Source: an uncultured Pseudomonadota bacterium (lineage in GTDB: Bacteria > Pseudomonadota > Alphaproteobacteria > Rs-D84 > CACZYB01). Taken from it: a DNA stretch of 64,000 bases. The translations under genes were made by a program, and so were the position numbers. Shown here in pieces: positions 41,986-51,952 of this stretch (position 1 is its first letter; each line of letters opens with the position of its first letter). The notes beneath the pieces are model-generated. The model saw nothing but the letters and a program-made list of their open reading frames with translations. It was not told the DNA's origin and ran no database searches. The DNA is taken from assembly GCA_902785275.1 (NCBI GenBank), contig CACZYB010000005.1:8865-72864 (forward strand), written 5' to 3'.

Positions 41986-42016
41986 ATAATAATAAGTGAA
42001 TAGGTAAGGGGTTACT

Positions 42017-43369
42017 ATGGTATCTTTGGCAGAAAAGCTTGCATCAAATATTACTTTTGATGATTTTAAAAAAGCAACAGATTTAAAACGTAGGTTATTT
42101 TTCACCTTACTTATTCTTGTTATTTATAGATTAGGTTCGTTCATTCCACTTCCTGGAATTGATGCATCTGTTGTAAAATCTTTTTTCAACAGTCAATCTA
42201 ATGGTGGTATTTTAAGTATGTTCGATGTATTTACTGGTGGTTCTCTTTCAAGAATGACTATTTTTGCCTTGAATATTATGCCATACATTTCTGCATCTAT
42301 TATCATTTCTCTTCTTGCAAGTATTACACCATCTATGATGGAGCTTAAAAAAGAAGGTGAAAGTGGTTATGAAAAAATGAATCAATATACACGTTACCTA
42401 ACTGTATTTATTTGTATGGTACAGGCTTATGGTATTGCTGTTGGTTTGGAACATTTAGCTGGAAGTGATGGTGTTTCTGCTGTTATTAATCCGGGAATGT
42501 TTTTCAGATTCTCTACAATGGTAAGTCTTCTTGGTGGAACAATGCTTGTTATGTGGCTTGGTGAACAAATTACTGCACGTGGTATTGGTCAGGGAACATC
42601 TCTTATCATTTTCGTTGGTATTATCGCAAATTTGCCATCTGCAATAGTAAAAACTATTGAACTTGGTAAAGTTGGTCAAATTGAACCATTGGTTATGGTA
42701 GTTTTGATGATTTTGTTGGTTGCTGTTATTTTGTTTGTTGTATTTATGGAACAAGCTCAAAGAAGAATAATGATTCATTATCCAAAACAATCAGCAATGA
42801 TGGGTGCATCTTCTTCATCACACCTTCCATTAAAACTTAACACTGCTGGTGTTATTCCTCCTATTTTCGCAGGTTCTATTTTAGCGATTCCTGCTATGTT
42901 GACATCATTTATTTCTGATAAATCACCAGAATGGTTGCAATTTGTTGCTGCACAACTTAACAGACAAAGTCCAGTTTACTTTGTTATATATGCTGCATTG
43001 ATAATATTTTTCTCATTTTTCTATACAGCGGTACAGTTTAATCCTGAAGAAACAGCTGAAAACTTGAAAAATTACGGTGGTTTCATCCCTGGTATAAGAC
43101 CTGGAAAAACAACTGCTGAATATTTAGATTATGTATTAACAAGAATTACTGTTATCGGATCACTTTATTTGGTCGCTTTGTGCTTGCTTCCTGATTTCTT
43201 GATTGATAAGTTCAGTGTGCCATTCTATCTTGGTGGAACAACATTGTTGATTGTATGTAATGTTATAACAGAAACTGTTGCTCAAATACAATCATACTTG
43301 ATTTCAAATCAATATCAGGGTATTCTTAAAAGTACATCTGGTAAAGTAAAAAATAGATTTGTGAGGTAA
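42017..43369 (+). CDS. secY: Preprotein translocase SecY
   Basis: IFAL.IMPYISASII, WLGEQIT.RG, FIPGIRPG. Confidence 0.99.
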   Translation: MVSLAEKLASNITFDDFKKATDLKRRLFFTLLILVIYRLGSFIPLPGIDASVVKSFFNSQSNGGILSMFDVFTGGSLSRMTIFALNIMPYISASIIISLLASITPSMMELKKEGESGYEKMNQYTRYLTVFICMVQAYGIAVGLEHLAGSDGVSAVINPGMFFRFSTMVSLLGGTMLVMWLGEQITARGIGQGTSLIIFVGIIANLPSAIVKTIELGKVGQIEPLVMVVLMILLVAVILFVVFMEQAQRRIMIHYPKQSAMMGASSSSHLPLKLNTAGVIPPIFAGSILAIPAMLTSFISDKSPEWLQFVAAQLNRQSPVYFVIYAALIIFFSFFYTAVQFNPEETAENLKNYGGFIPGIRPGKTTAEYLDYVLTRITVIGSLYLVALCLLPDFLIDKFSVPFYLGGTTLLIVCNVITETVAQIQSYLISNQYQGILKSTSGKVKNRFVR

Positions 43370-43373
43370 TTTT

Positions 43374-44027
43374 ATGAAAAAATATTTCACATTTATTGGC
43401 CCAATTGCTGCGGGAAAAGGTACTCAAGCCGAAATAATTTCTAAAAAATATGGTTTGTTACATCTTTCAACAGGTCAAATCTTTCGTGATGCGATAAGTT
43501 CTGGAAGTGAGCTTGGCTTGAAGGTAAAAAATATTATTGATAGTGGATTTTTGGTTCCAGATACTCTTACAAACGAAATTGTAAAGGATATGCTTGGAAA
43601 AATCGACTTATCAAAAGGTTTTATTTTGGATGGTTATCCAAGAACAATCAATCAGGTTTATGCTTTAAATGATATTTTATCAGAAATTGGTATTGAACTT
43701 GATGATGCTGTTATGATAGAAATTCCAGAAGAAGATATTATTCGTCGTATTTCTGGTCGTTTTGCTTGTGCAAAGTGTGGTCAAAACTATCATGATGAAT
43801 TTAATAAAACAAAGACAGAGGGTGTTTGTGATAATTGTGGTTCTCATGATTTTGTAAGAAGAAATGATGATAAACCAGAAATCATAAAAACAAGACTTCA
43901 ACACTATTATTCTGAGGTTGAACCTATTGTTGAGTTTTATAAAAAAGAAAATAAGTTTTTAGAAATAAATGCAACCGGCCTTTCAATAGAAGAGGTTACT
44001 AAGAAATTAGAGGAGGCTTTATTTTAA
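43374..44027 (+). CDS. adk: Adenylate kinase with zinc LID
   Basis: GP.AAGKGTQ, FILDGYPRT, CAKC..CDNC. Confidence 0.97.
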   Translation: MKKYFTFIGPIAAGKGTQAEIISKKYGLLHLSTGQIFRDAISSGSELGLKVKNIIDSGFLVPDTLTNEIVKDMLGKIDLSKGFILDGYPRTINQVYALNDILSEIGIELDDAVMIEIPEEDIIRRISGRFACAKCGQNYHDEFNKTKTEGVCDNCGSHDFVRRNDDKPEIIKTRLQHYYSEVEPIVEFYKKENKFLEINATGLSIEEVTKKLEEALF

Positions 44028-44034
44028 AAAAATA

Positions 44035-44062
44035 TTGACATATTGAAAAATATGCTTAATAT
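44035..44062 (+). promoter_or_regulatory. Sigma70-like promoter of the alpha operon
   Basis: Perfect TTGACA followed 16 nt later by TAATAT. Confidence 0.55.
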
Positions 44063-44120
44063 ATATACATCTTTTGATGTAAAAATGAACAATAACAATG
44101 TATAAACAAGGAGAATTAAT

Positions 44121-44498
44121 TTGGCTCGTATAGCAGGTGTTAATATACCCACCGAAAAATGTGTTAATATTGCTTTGACTTATATCTACGGAATAGGTCC
44201 AGCAACTGCAGAAAAAATCTGTGCAGCATTAAAAATAAAACCAAGTGTTCGTGTTCATCAACTTACAGACGATGAAATCTTTAAAATTAGAGAGTATATC
44301 GATAAAAATTTCTCTGTAGAAGGTGATAAACGTCGTGAAGTTTCAATGAATATTAAGAGACTTCAAGATATGAGATGTTATAGAGGTATTCGTCATACTA
44401 AAAAACTTCCTGTTCATGGACAAAGAACAAAAACTAATGCCAGAACAAGAAAAGGTAAGGCGATTCCTGTTGCTGGAAAGAAGAAAGTTACAAAATAA
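44121..44498 (+). CDS. rpsM: 30S ribosomal protein S13 (TTG start)
   Basis: [30 protein letters not shown]. Confidence 0.99.
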   Translation: MARIAGVNIPTEKCVNIALTYIYGIGPATAEKICAALKIKPSVRVHQLTDDEIFKIREYIDKNFSVEGDKRREVSMNIKRLQDMRCYRGIRHTKKLPVHGQRTKTNARTRKGKAIPVAGKKKVTK

Positions 44499-44514
44499 TT
44501 AAAGGGAATTAAAA

Positions 44515-44901
44515 ATGGCTGATATTATTTCAACAAAGAAAAAAGAAAAAAAGAATATCTCTAATGGTATTGCTTATATTCTTGCTACTTTCAATAACAC
44601 AAGAATCACTATTACAGATATGCAAGGTAATGTTATTTCTTGGTCTACTGCTGGTGCAAACAACTTTAATGGTGCAAAAAAATCAACACCTTATGCTGCA
44701 CAAGTAACAGCTGAAAACGCAGGAAGAAAAGCTATGGAAAATGGTATTCGTTATTTGGATGTAAAGCTAGAAGGTCCTGGTTCAGGTCGTGAATCTGCTG
44801 TAAGAACATTACAATCATTGGGTATTACAATCAATGGTATTACAGATATTACAAAGATTCCACATAATGGATGTCGTGCAAAGAAACCAAGACGTGTATA
44901 G
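44515..44901 (+). CDS. rpsK: 30S ribosomal protein S11
   Basis: [28 protein letters not shown]. Confidence 0.99.
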   Translation: MADIISTKKKEKKNISNGIAYILATFNNTRITITDMQGNVISWSTAGANNFNGAKKSTPYAAQVTAENAGRKAMENGIRYLDVKLEGPGSGRESAVRTLQSLGITINGITDITKIPHNGCRAKKPRRV

Positions 44902-44938
44902 TCTTAATTAAAATTTAAACCATAAAGTGGGGGCAAAA

Positions 44939-45958
44939 TTGATACAAAATAATTGGCTAGAGCTTATAAAACCAGAAAAAGTTGTAATAGAAAAAGAAGA
45001 TGCGAATAAAAATGTTGCAACTCTTGTTGCTGAACCTTTGGAAAAAGGTTTTGGTTTGACACTTGGAACTGCACTTCGTCGTATTCTTTTGTCTTCTCTT
45101 CAAGGTACAGCTGTTGTTGGAATTAAAATTGATGGTGTTTTACATGAATTTGGTTCTATTCCAGGTGTAAAAGAAGATGTTGTTGATTTGGTTTTGAACG
45201 TAAAACAAATCGTTTTGAAATCAGATGTTGAACATCCAAAAAAAATGACATTAAAAGTATCTGGTGCTCAAATCGTAACAGCAGGTATGATTGAAACATC
45301 AGGTGATGTTGAAGTTATCAACAAAGATTTAGTTCTTTGCCATCTTGATAGCACAGCAAACTTGGATATGGAATTTTTTGTTGAAAATGGTAAAGGTTAT
45401 AGAACAGCTGAAGAAAATAAAAAACCTGATATGCCAATCGGTTATATCGCTGTTGATTCTATCTTCTCACCAGTTCTTAACGTTGCTTCAAATGTTGAAC
45501 AAGCTCGTGTTGGTCAGAAAACAGATTATGATAAACTTTTGATGACAATCAAAACTGATGGTTCTGTAAAACCAGAAGATGCTCTTGCATTGTCTGCAAG
45601 AATCTTGGTTGATCAACTTGGTTTATTCATTAACTTTGAAGATCCAGAAGTTGTTAAGAAAGAAGAAGTTGAAGAAGAACTTCCATTCAATAAAGTATTG
45701 CTTAAGAAAGTTGATGAACTTGAACTTTCTGTTCGTGCAAATAACTGCTTGAAGAATGATAATATAACATACATTGGTGAACTTGTTCAAAAGACAGAAA
45801 ACGATATGTTAAAGACTCCAAACTTTGGTAGAAAGTCTTTGAATGAAATAAAGGAACAACTTGGACTTATGGGTCTTTACCTTGGTATGGACGTTCAAGG
45901 TTGGCCACCAGAAAATATAGAGGAACTTTCAAAGAAATTTGAAAATCCATATAAATAG
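44939..45958 (+). CDS. rpoA: RNA polymerase alpha subunit (probable TTG start at 44939)
   Basis: [44 protein letters not shown]. Confidence 0.99.
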   Translation: MIQNNWLELIKPEKVVIEKEDANKNVATLVAEPLEKGFGLTLGTALRRILLSSLQGTAVVGIKIDGVLHEFGSIPGVKEDVVDLVLNVKQIVLKSDVEHPKKMTLKVSGAQIVTAGMIETSGDVEVINKDLVLCHLDSTANLDMEFFVENGKGYRTAEENKKPDMPIGYIAVDSIFSPVLNVASNVEQARVGQKTDYDKLLMTIKTDGSVKPEDALALSARILVDQLGLFINFEDPEVVKKEEVEEELPFNKVLLKKVDELELSVRANNCLKNDNITYIGELVQKTENDMLKTPNFGRKSLNEIKEQLGLMGLYLGMDVQGWPPENIEELSKKFENPYK

Positions 45959-45968
45959 GTAACAATTT

Positions 45969-46160
45969 ATGGCAGACAAAAAAGAAGCAAGCATTTGGTG
46001 GACTATATTAAAGGTTATATTTGCCTGTTTGCTTCTTTGTGCTGTTATGAACGGTTATTTTATGGCAGGAGCAAAATCTTTGGCTGATAAGGCTATCGGT
46101 GGAACTCATGCTCTCCTTAGTGCCGATATGTTAAAAGAAGGTGCAAAGGGAGGTAAATAG
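45969..46160 (+). CDS. Small membrane protein of unknown function between rpoA and rplQ
   Basis: 63 aa ORF starting 10 nt after rpoA; one hydrophobic helix; fills most of the gap. Confidence 0.7.
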   Translation: MADKKEASIWWTILKVIFACLLLCAVMNGYFMAGAKSLADKAIGGTHALLSADMLKEGAKGGK

Positions 46161-46241
46161 AAAGTATTATTTGAAGAAATTCGGTAATGCAAAATTTAAT
46201 CCGTGTTGCCAGTCAACACTACAAGCTAAAGAGGTCTAGAA

Positions 46242-46793
46242 ATGAGACATAATATGAGTGGTAGAAAACTCAACAGAACAAAGTCACACAGAAAAGCTTT
46301 GTTTTCAAACTTGGTATGTTCACTTGTTGAACATGAACAAATATCAACAACACTTCCAAAGGCAAAAGATCTTCGTTCATTTGCAGATAAAATGGTTACA
46401 ATTGCAAAGAAGAACACTTTAGCTGCAAGAAGACAAGCATTATCATTCCTTCGTTCAGAAGAAGTTGTTACAAAACTTTTTGATGTTTTAGCAAAAAGAT
46501 ATGAAAAAAGAAACGGTGGTTATACACGTGTTCTTAAAAGTGGTTTCCGTCATGGTGACTGTGCTCCTATGGCTGTAATCGAACTTGTTGACAGAGATGT
46601 TAAAGCAAAAGGTCTTCGTCAAAAACAAGATGTAGCTTCTAAAAAACAGGTTGAAAAAGAACCAGTTGAAAAGAAAGAAGCTGTAAAAGCTGAAACAAAG
46701 AAAGCAAAGGATGTTAAAGCGACCGATGTAAAAGCTAAAAAAACAAGCGCAACCCCAAAGGCTGCAGCTCACAGAAAAGTCATCGGAAAATAA
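46242..46793 (+). CDS. rplQ: 50S ribosomal protein L17 with Lys/Ala-rich extension
   Basis: MRH...[31 protein letters not shown]. Confidence 0.98.
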   Translation: MRHNMSGRKLNRTKSHRKALFSNLVCSLVEHEQISTTLPKAKDLRSFADKMVTIAKKNTLAARRQALSFLRSEEVVTKLFDVLAKRYEKRNGGYTRVLKSGFRHGDCAPMAVIELVDRDVKAKGLRQKQDVASKKQVEKEPVEKKEAVKAETKKAKDVKATDVKAKKTSATPKAAAHRKVIGK

Positions 46794-46801
46794 AGAATGA
46801 A

Positions 46802-46830
46802 ACGCCCCCAAATTTTTGGGGGCTTTTTTG
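46802..46830 (+). terminator. Terminator of the ribosomal cluster
   Basis: GCCCCCAAA-tt-TTTGGGGGC-TTTTTT. Confidence 0.85.
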
Positions 46831-46844
46831 TAAGGAGAATTAAA

Positions 46845-47303
46845 ATGGTTTCTTATGTAAATGGTGGTAAAGTGCAAGAGTCTATATGCTATATTTTTTC
46901 TGATGATGTTAATCAAATAGATTATTTTGATAATCCTTCAAAAAATAAATTAGTTTGTAAAATTGCTAAAATTAATACTGAACTTCGTAATATAAGGCAA
47001 TATTTATTATCAAAGTATAATGTCGAAGTTTCCAGAATGGATTTGCTTGATCATAATAAGATTTTAATTCTTTCACAAAATTTTGAAAAAATAACAATCC
47101 CTACTGTTGAATTAGTGGAAGATGTAGAAGTTGTTGAAAATTTAAAAAAAGATTTATTGGTTATTGGAATGGGTGTTCTTGCAAATTTATCTTATGAGAT
47201 TCCAAAAATAAAAGAAAAGGGACATGCTAAGTTTAGAAAAAAAACAAGACAATTAGATAAGTTGAAAAATTTTCTATCAAAGAATTTTGGTAAGATTCTT
47301 TAA
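46845..47303 (+). CDS. Hypothetical protein
   Basis: TAAGGAG Shine-Dalgarno before ATG 46845; no family recognised. Confidence 0.65.
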   Translation: MVSYVNGGKVQESICYIFSDDVNQIDYFDNPSKNKLVCKIAKINTELRNIRQYLLSKYNVEVSRMDLLDHNKILILSQNFEKITIPTVELVEDVEVVENLKKDLLVIGMGVLANLSYEIPKIKEKGHAKFRKKTRQLDKLKNFLSKNFGKIL

Positions 47304-47370
47304 AAAGTTTTCTTGCATATAAAAATTTATATAAGTAATATAGTCATATAAAGGAAGAAGGAGAAGAATA

Positions 47371-48999
47371 ATGACAAAGTATATTTTTATAACAGGAGGA
47401 GTCGTTTCATCATTAGGAAAGGGTATTGCGTCTGCTGCGATTGGTTCCCTTTTACAGGCTCGTGGTTTTACGATTCGCCAAAGAAAAATGGATCCATATT
47501 TGAATGTTGATCCTGGTACAATGTCTCCTTTCCAACATGGCGAAGTTTTTGTAACAGATGATGGTGCAGAGACAGATTTGGATTTGGGACATTATGAACG
47601 TTTTACCGATTCGTCTTGTCATAAAAGTGATAGTATTTCTGGTGGTCGTATTTATTGGAATGTCCTAACTAAAGAAAGACAAGGTGAATACCTTGGTGCA
47701 ACAGTTCAGGCGATTCCACACATCACAAACGAAGTTCAAAGTTTCATAAAATCTGATTTACATGGTGAAGATTTTGTAATCTATGAAATCGGAGGAACAG
47801 TTGGCGATATGGAAGGTGTTTTGTTCCTTGAAGGTATTCGTCAGTTTATGAACGAAGTTGGTCGTGAAAATGTTTTACTTATTCATCTAACTCTTGTTCC
47901 TTATATTAAAACTGCGTCCGAAGTTAAAACAAAACCAACACAACAATCAGTTCGTAAACTTTTGGAAATGGGACTTTCTCCAAACATAATTATGTGTCGA
48001 AGCGATGTTCTTATTCCAGAAAATGAAAAAAGAAAAATAGCAATGTTCTGTAACGTTCGTCCAGAAGATGTGATTTCTGCACCTGATACAGATAATATTT
48101 ATAAAATTCCAGGTGTTTATCATAATGAAGGTTTGGATGACAGAATTTTGAATTATTTCGGAATGCTTTCAACTGCAAATAAGCCTGACTTTACAAAGTG
48201 GGATAAGATAAAAGCAGTTCTTGGTAATTGGAAACATGATATAACAATTGGTATTGTTGCAAAATATTGCGGATTCCCAGATGCATATAAATCTTTGAAT
48301 GAAGCTGTTCAACATGCTGGAATTGTTAATGAAACAAAGGTTAACATAAAGTGGATAAATGCAGAAGAATTGGAAACAATGAACGATTCTCAAATTGCAG
48401 AAGTCTTCTCTGATGTTAATGGTGTTATTGTTCCTGGTGGATTCGGTCATCGTGGTGTAGAAGGTAAAATAAAGGCTGCTGAATATGCACGTACCCACAA
48501 TCTTCCATACCTTGGAATTTGCTTGGGTATGCAGGTTGCTGTGATTGAAATGGCTCGTCACTTGCTTGGTATAAAGGATGCTAATTCAACCGAATTTACA
48601 AAAGATTGTACACCAATCATTTCTCTTATTACAGAATGGGAAAAGGATGGTAAAAAAGAAGTTCGTGATGAAAATACCGGAAAGGGTGGTACACTTCGTT
48701 TGGGTGCATATACATCAAAACTTTTACCAGATTCTCTTGCAAGCAAAATTTATGGTGGTGCAACTGAAATTTCTGAACGTCACAGACATCGTTATGAAAT
48801 GGATATAAAGTACGAAGAAGCATTAAAGGAAAAAGGTGTAATTATCAGTGGTAAATCACCAGATGGAACTTTGCCTGAAATTATCGAAATTCCATCACAC
48901 AAATTCTTTATTGCAGGACAATTCCATCCAGAATTCAAATCTCGTCCATTCGCTGCTGCACCATTATTTGATGCATTGGTAAAGATTTGTTTGAAATAA
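47371..48999 (+). CDS. pyrG: CTP synthase
   Basis: TGGVVSSLGKG, DPGTMSP.QHGE, GICLGMQ, QFHPE. Confidence 0.99.
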   Translation: MTKYIFITGGVVSSLGKGIASAAIGSLLQARGFTIRQRKMDPYLNVDPGTMSPFQHGEVFVTDDGAETDLDLGHYERFTDSSCHKSDSISGGRIYWNVLTKERQGEYLGATVQAIPHITNEVQSFIKSDLHGEDFVIYEIGGTVGDMEGVLFLEGIRQFMNEVGRENVLLIHLTLVPYIKTASEVKTKPTQQSVRKLLEMGLSPNIIMCRSDVLIPENEKRKIAMFCNVRPEDVISAPDTDNIYKIPGVYHNEGLDDRILNYFGMLSTANKPDFTKWDKIKAVLGNWKHDITIGIVAKYCGFPDAYKSLNEAVQHAGIVNETKVNIKWINAEELETMNDSQIAEVFSDVNGVIVPGGFGHRGVEGKIKAAEYARTHNLPYLGICLGMQVAVIEMARHLLGIKDANSTEFTKDCTPIISLITEWEKDGKKEVRDENTGKGGTLRLGAYTSKLLPDSLASKIYGGATEISERHRHRYEMDIKYEEALKEKGVIISGKSPDGTLPEIIEIPSHKFFIAGQFHPEFKSRPFAAAPLFDALVKICLK

Positions 49000-49014
49000 G
49001 AATAGTGATTCGAA

Positions 49015-49050
49015 AAAATCCTCCATCTGAAACGGGTGGAGTTTTTTTTT
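49015..49050. terminator. Terminator between pyrG and clpP
   Basis: CTCCATCTG-aaa-CGGGTGGAG followed by a T run. Confidence 0.78.
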
Positions 49051-49110
49051 ATCTTTGCAAATAAAAAATCCACAATTTTACTTGTGGACTTTTACTTAAA
49101 ATTTCTATTT

Positions 49111-49716
49111 CTACTTTATATCATTTCGATTCGTAATAACTTTATCAATAAGACCAAAGTTCAAAGCTTCCTCGGCACTCATGAAGTTATCACGTTCCAC
49201 AGCTCTTTCAACTTCCTCAATAGGTCTGTTACAGTGTTCACTGTAAAGTTTATTCATACGCTTGCGGATATTTAAAATTTCACGAGCATGAATTTCTATA
49301 TCTGTAGCTTGTCCCTGGAAACCGCCAAGAGGTTGGTGAATCATAATTCTTGAGTTTGGAAGAGAAAATCTTTTTCCCTTTGCACCACCGGCAAGAAGGA
49401 ATGATCCCATAGAGCAAGCCTGTCCGATACAAAGTGTTGCAACATCTGGTTTAATATATTGCATTGTATCATAGATTGCCATACCTGATGTAATTACTCC
49501 ACCTGGGGAATTTATGTACATATAAATATCTTTATCAGGATTTTCGGATTCTAGGAATAAAAGTTCAGCAACAATTAAGCTTGCTGATACATCATTAACT
49601 TCGCCATTTAAAAAGACAATTCTTTCCTTTAAAAGTCGGGAAAATATATCATAACTTCTTTCTCCGCGTCCAGTTTGTTCCACAACCATAGGAACTAAAT
49701 CCATTTTTTCATTCAT
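49111..49716 (-). CDS. clpP: ATP-dependent Clp protease proteolytic subunit
   Basis: [42 protein letters not shown]; AAGGAG before ATG 49716. Confidence 0.98.
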   Translation of the reverse strand: MNEKMDLVPMVVEQTGRGERSYDIFSRLLKERIVFLNGEVNDVSASLIVAELLFLESENPDKDIYMYINSPGGVITSGMAIYDTMQYIKPDVATLCIGQACSMGSFLLAGGAKGKRFSLPNSRIMIHQPLGGFQGQATDIEIHAREILNIRKRMNKLYSEHCNRPIEEVERAVERDNFMSAEEALNFGLIDKVITNRNDIK

Positions 49717-49814
49717 AGCATTCTCCTTAGTTAATTTACATAGGAACATTATACATTTTTTTCTTGCAATTTAAAAGAAAAATATATAAAATAAAGATAC
49801 ATTCTTGAAATCGG

Positions 49815-49848
49815 AAAGAGTGGGAGCCTTAAAAGCCCCGCTTTTTTT
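49815..49848 (+). promoter_or_regulatory. rimP leader hairpin (terminator-like attenuator)
   Basis: GAGTGGG...CCCGCTTTTTTT just upstream of rimP; similar to the known rimP-leader element. Confidence 0.7.
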
Positions 49849-49866
49849 AATAACTAAGGATATGAA

Positions 49867-50382
49867 ATGTTAATAAATGAAAAAATTGAAAGTATTTTAA
49901 GTTCTACAGCATCTGAATATGGGCTTTATATTGTTCAGGTTTCTTATGCGAGACAAACTTTGCAAATACTTGTTGAAAAAACTGATCTTTCTCCTGTTGG
50001 GGTTGATGAAATTGAAAAGGCAAGCAAGGCTTTTTCTGCTATTCTTGATGTCGAAGATATTATAAAGGATAAGTATATGTTAGAGGTAAGCTCTGCTGGT
50101 ATGGACAGACCTCTTGTAAAACTTGCTGATTATACCCGTTTCTGTGGTCGTGATGTAAAACTTGAGCTTAAAATGCCAAGAAATTCCGAAGATAATAGAA
50201 AACGTTTAAAGGGAAAAATTACAAAAGTAGAAGGTTCAAAAATATTTTTGGAAACTACTTTGGATGAAAAATTGCAAACTGTTGATTTTGAGTTTGATAA
50301 CGTTTTGAAATGCAAACTTTTAATCTCGGATGATTTTATTAAACAACTTTTAAAAGAAGATAAAAACGAAAGGAAAAAATAA
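49867..50382 (+). CDS. rimP: Ribosome maturation factor RimP
   Basis: LDVED.I...YMLEVSSAGMDRPL; first gene of the nusA operon. Confidence 0.95.
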   Translation: MLINEKIESILSSTASEYGLYIVQVSYARQTLQILVEKTDLSPVGVDEIEKASKAFSAILDVEDIIKDKYMLEVSSAGMDRPLVKLADYTRFCGRDVKLELKMPRNSEDNRKRLKGKITKVEGSKIFLETTLDEKLQTVDFEFDNVLKCKLLISDDFIKQLLKEDKNERKK

Positions 50383-50383
50383 A

Positions 50384-51919
50384 ATGTATAAATCTTTATC
50401 TTTGCCAAGACCTGAGCTTGTTGCTATTGCTAATAGTGTAAGTTTAGAAAAAAATATAGATACAGAAATCGTATTTAAGGCTTTGGAAGCTGCTGTTGAA
50501 AAAGTTGCAAAAAATAAATACGGTTATGATTATAACATTATCGCTTCTATCGACAGAAAAGATGGTAAAATAACAATTATAAAAAGATTAACTGTTGTTG
50601 GTGATAAGATTACTGATGAAAATGGAGAAGAAATTCCATTTGATGCAAATACAATGATTTCTGTAAAAGATGCAAAGAAAAAAGACGCAACTTTGGAAGA
50701 AGGTTCTTTCGTTGATGAAGAATTACTTCCTGTTGATTTTGGTCGTTCAAATTTTCAGGCTGTACGTCAAATAGTTCTTCAAAAAATCAAATCAGCAGAA
50801 AAAGAAAAAGAATTTGCTGAATTTTCAGATAAAGGTTTGACTATTATCAATGGTATTGTAAAACGTAACGAATATGGTGTTGTTTACGTTGATATCAATG
50901 GTAAGGCAGAAGGTATTATCAAAAGAAATGAAGGTATTCCTCGTGAAAATCTTCATGTTGGTGATAGAATTCGTGCTTTGATTTTGGAAGTTAAAAGAGA
51001 TAACAGTGGTCCACAAATCTTTTTAACACGTTCACATCCAATGTTCTTGGCTAAACTTTTCGAAGCTGAAATTCCAGAAGTTTACGAAGGTGCAATTGAA
51101 ATCAAATCTGTTGCTCGTGATCCTGGTTCAAGAGCAAAAGTTGCAGTTATTGCAAAGGAAAGCTCTCTTGATCCAGTTGGTGCATGTGTTGGTATGAAAG
51201 GAAGTCGTATTCAAAATATCGTAAATGAACTTGCTGGTGAAAAAATCGATGTTATTGAATGGACTGAAAATGTTGCATCATTGGCTGTAGAAGCTCTTTC
51301 TCCTGCAAAAATCGTTAAGGTTATTGTTGATGAAGAAGCAAAGAAAATTGAAGCAGTTGTTGAAGATGATCAACTTTCACTTGCAATTGGTCGTCATGGT
51401 CAAAACGTTCGTTTGGCATCACAACTTATCGGTTGGGGTATCGATGTTATGAGTGAAGATCAATCATCTGAAAAACGTCAAAAAGATGTTAAGGAAAGAA
51501 CTGAAAAGTTCATCGCTGCTTTGGATATTGATGATGTTATCGCTCACTTATTAGTAGTAGAAGGCTTCTCTTCTGTTGAAGAAATTGCAATTGTTCCTAT
51601 TGATGAACTTAAATCAATTGAAGGTTTCGATGAAGATGTTGCAACAGAACTTCAATCTCGTGCAAAAGCTTATGTTGAAAAGCAACAAAAAGAATTTGAA
51701 GCTGAATCTCAAAAGATAGGTATTGATAATACTCTTGCTTCATTCGAAGGGTTAACATCAGAAATGATTTTAAAACTTGGTCAAAGCGGTGTTAAAACTT
51801 TGGATGATTTAGCAGATCTTGCTTCTGACGAACTTGTTGATATCTTGGGTGATATGACAGAAAAAGAAGCAGAAGAAATCATTATGAAGGCAAGAGCTCA
51901 TTGGTTTGATGAAAAATAA
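50384..51919 (+). CDS. nusA: Transcription factor NusA
   Basis: ARDPGSRAK, DPVGACVG..GSR, LAIGRHGQNVRLA. Confidence 0.98.
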   Translation: MYKSLSLPRPELVAIANSVSLEKNIDTEIVFKALEAAVEKVAKNKYGYDYNIIASIDRKDGKITIIKRLTVVGDKITDENGEEIPFDANTMISVKDAKKKDATLEEGSFVDEELLPVDFGRSNFQAVRQIVLQKIKSAEKEKEFAEFSDKGLTIINGIVKRNEYGVVYVDINGKAEGIIKRNEGIPRENLHVGDRIRALILEVKRDNSGPQIFLTRSHPMFLAKLFEAEIPEVYEGAIEIKSVARDPGSRAKVAVIAKESSLDPVGACVGMKGSRIQNIVNELAGEKIDVIEWTENVASLAVEALSPAKIVKVIVDEEAKKIEAVVEDDQLSLAIGRHGQNVRLASQLIGWGIDVMSEDQSSEKRQKDVKERTEKFIAALDIDDVIAHLLVVEGFSSVEEIAIVPIDELKSIEGFDEDVATELQSRAKAYVEKQQKEFEAESQKIGIDNTLASFEGLTSEMILKLGQSGVKTLDDLADLASDELVDILGDMTEKEAEEIIMKARAHWFDEK

Positions 51920-51952
51920 ATTATAAAAAAATAAAAGTAAAAGAGGTATTTT

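Noticed and set aside
43374-45958. rpsD, rpmJ, infA and map absent from the spc/alpha cluster
   Set aside because: Normal for Alphaproteobacteria
45969-46160. Small ORF as the missing pilin
   Set aside because: No class III cleavage motif (Gly at -1 with an acidic residue at +5) before the hydrophobic helix
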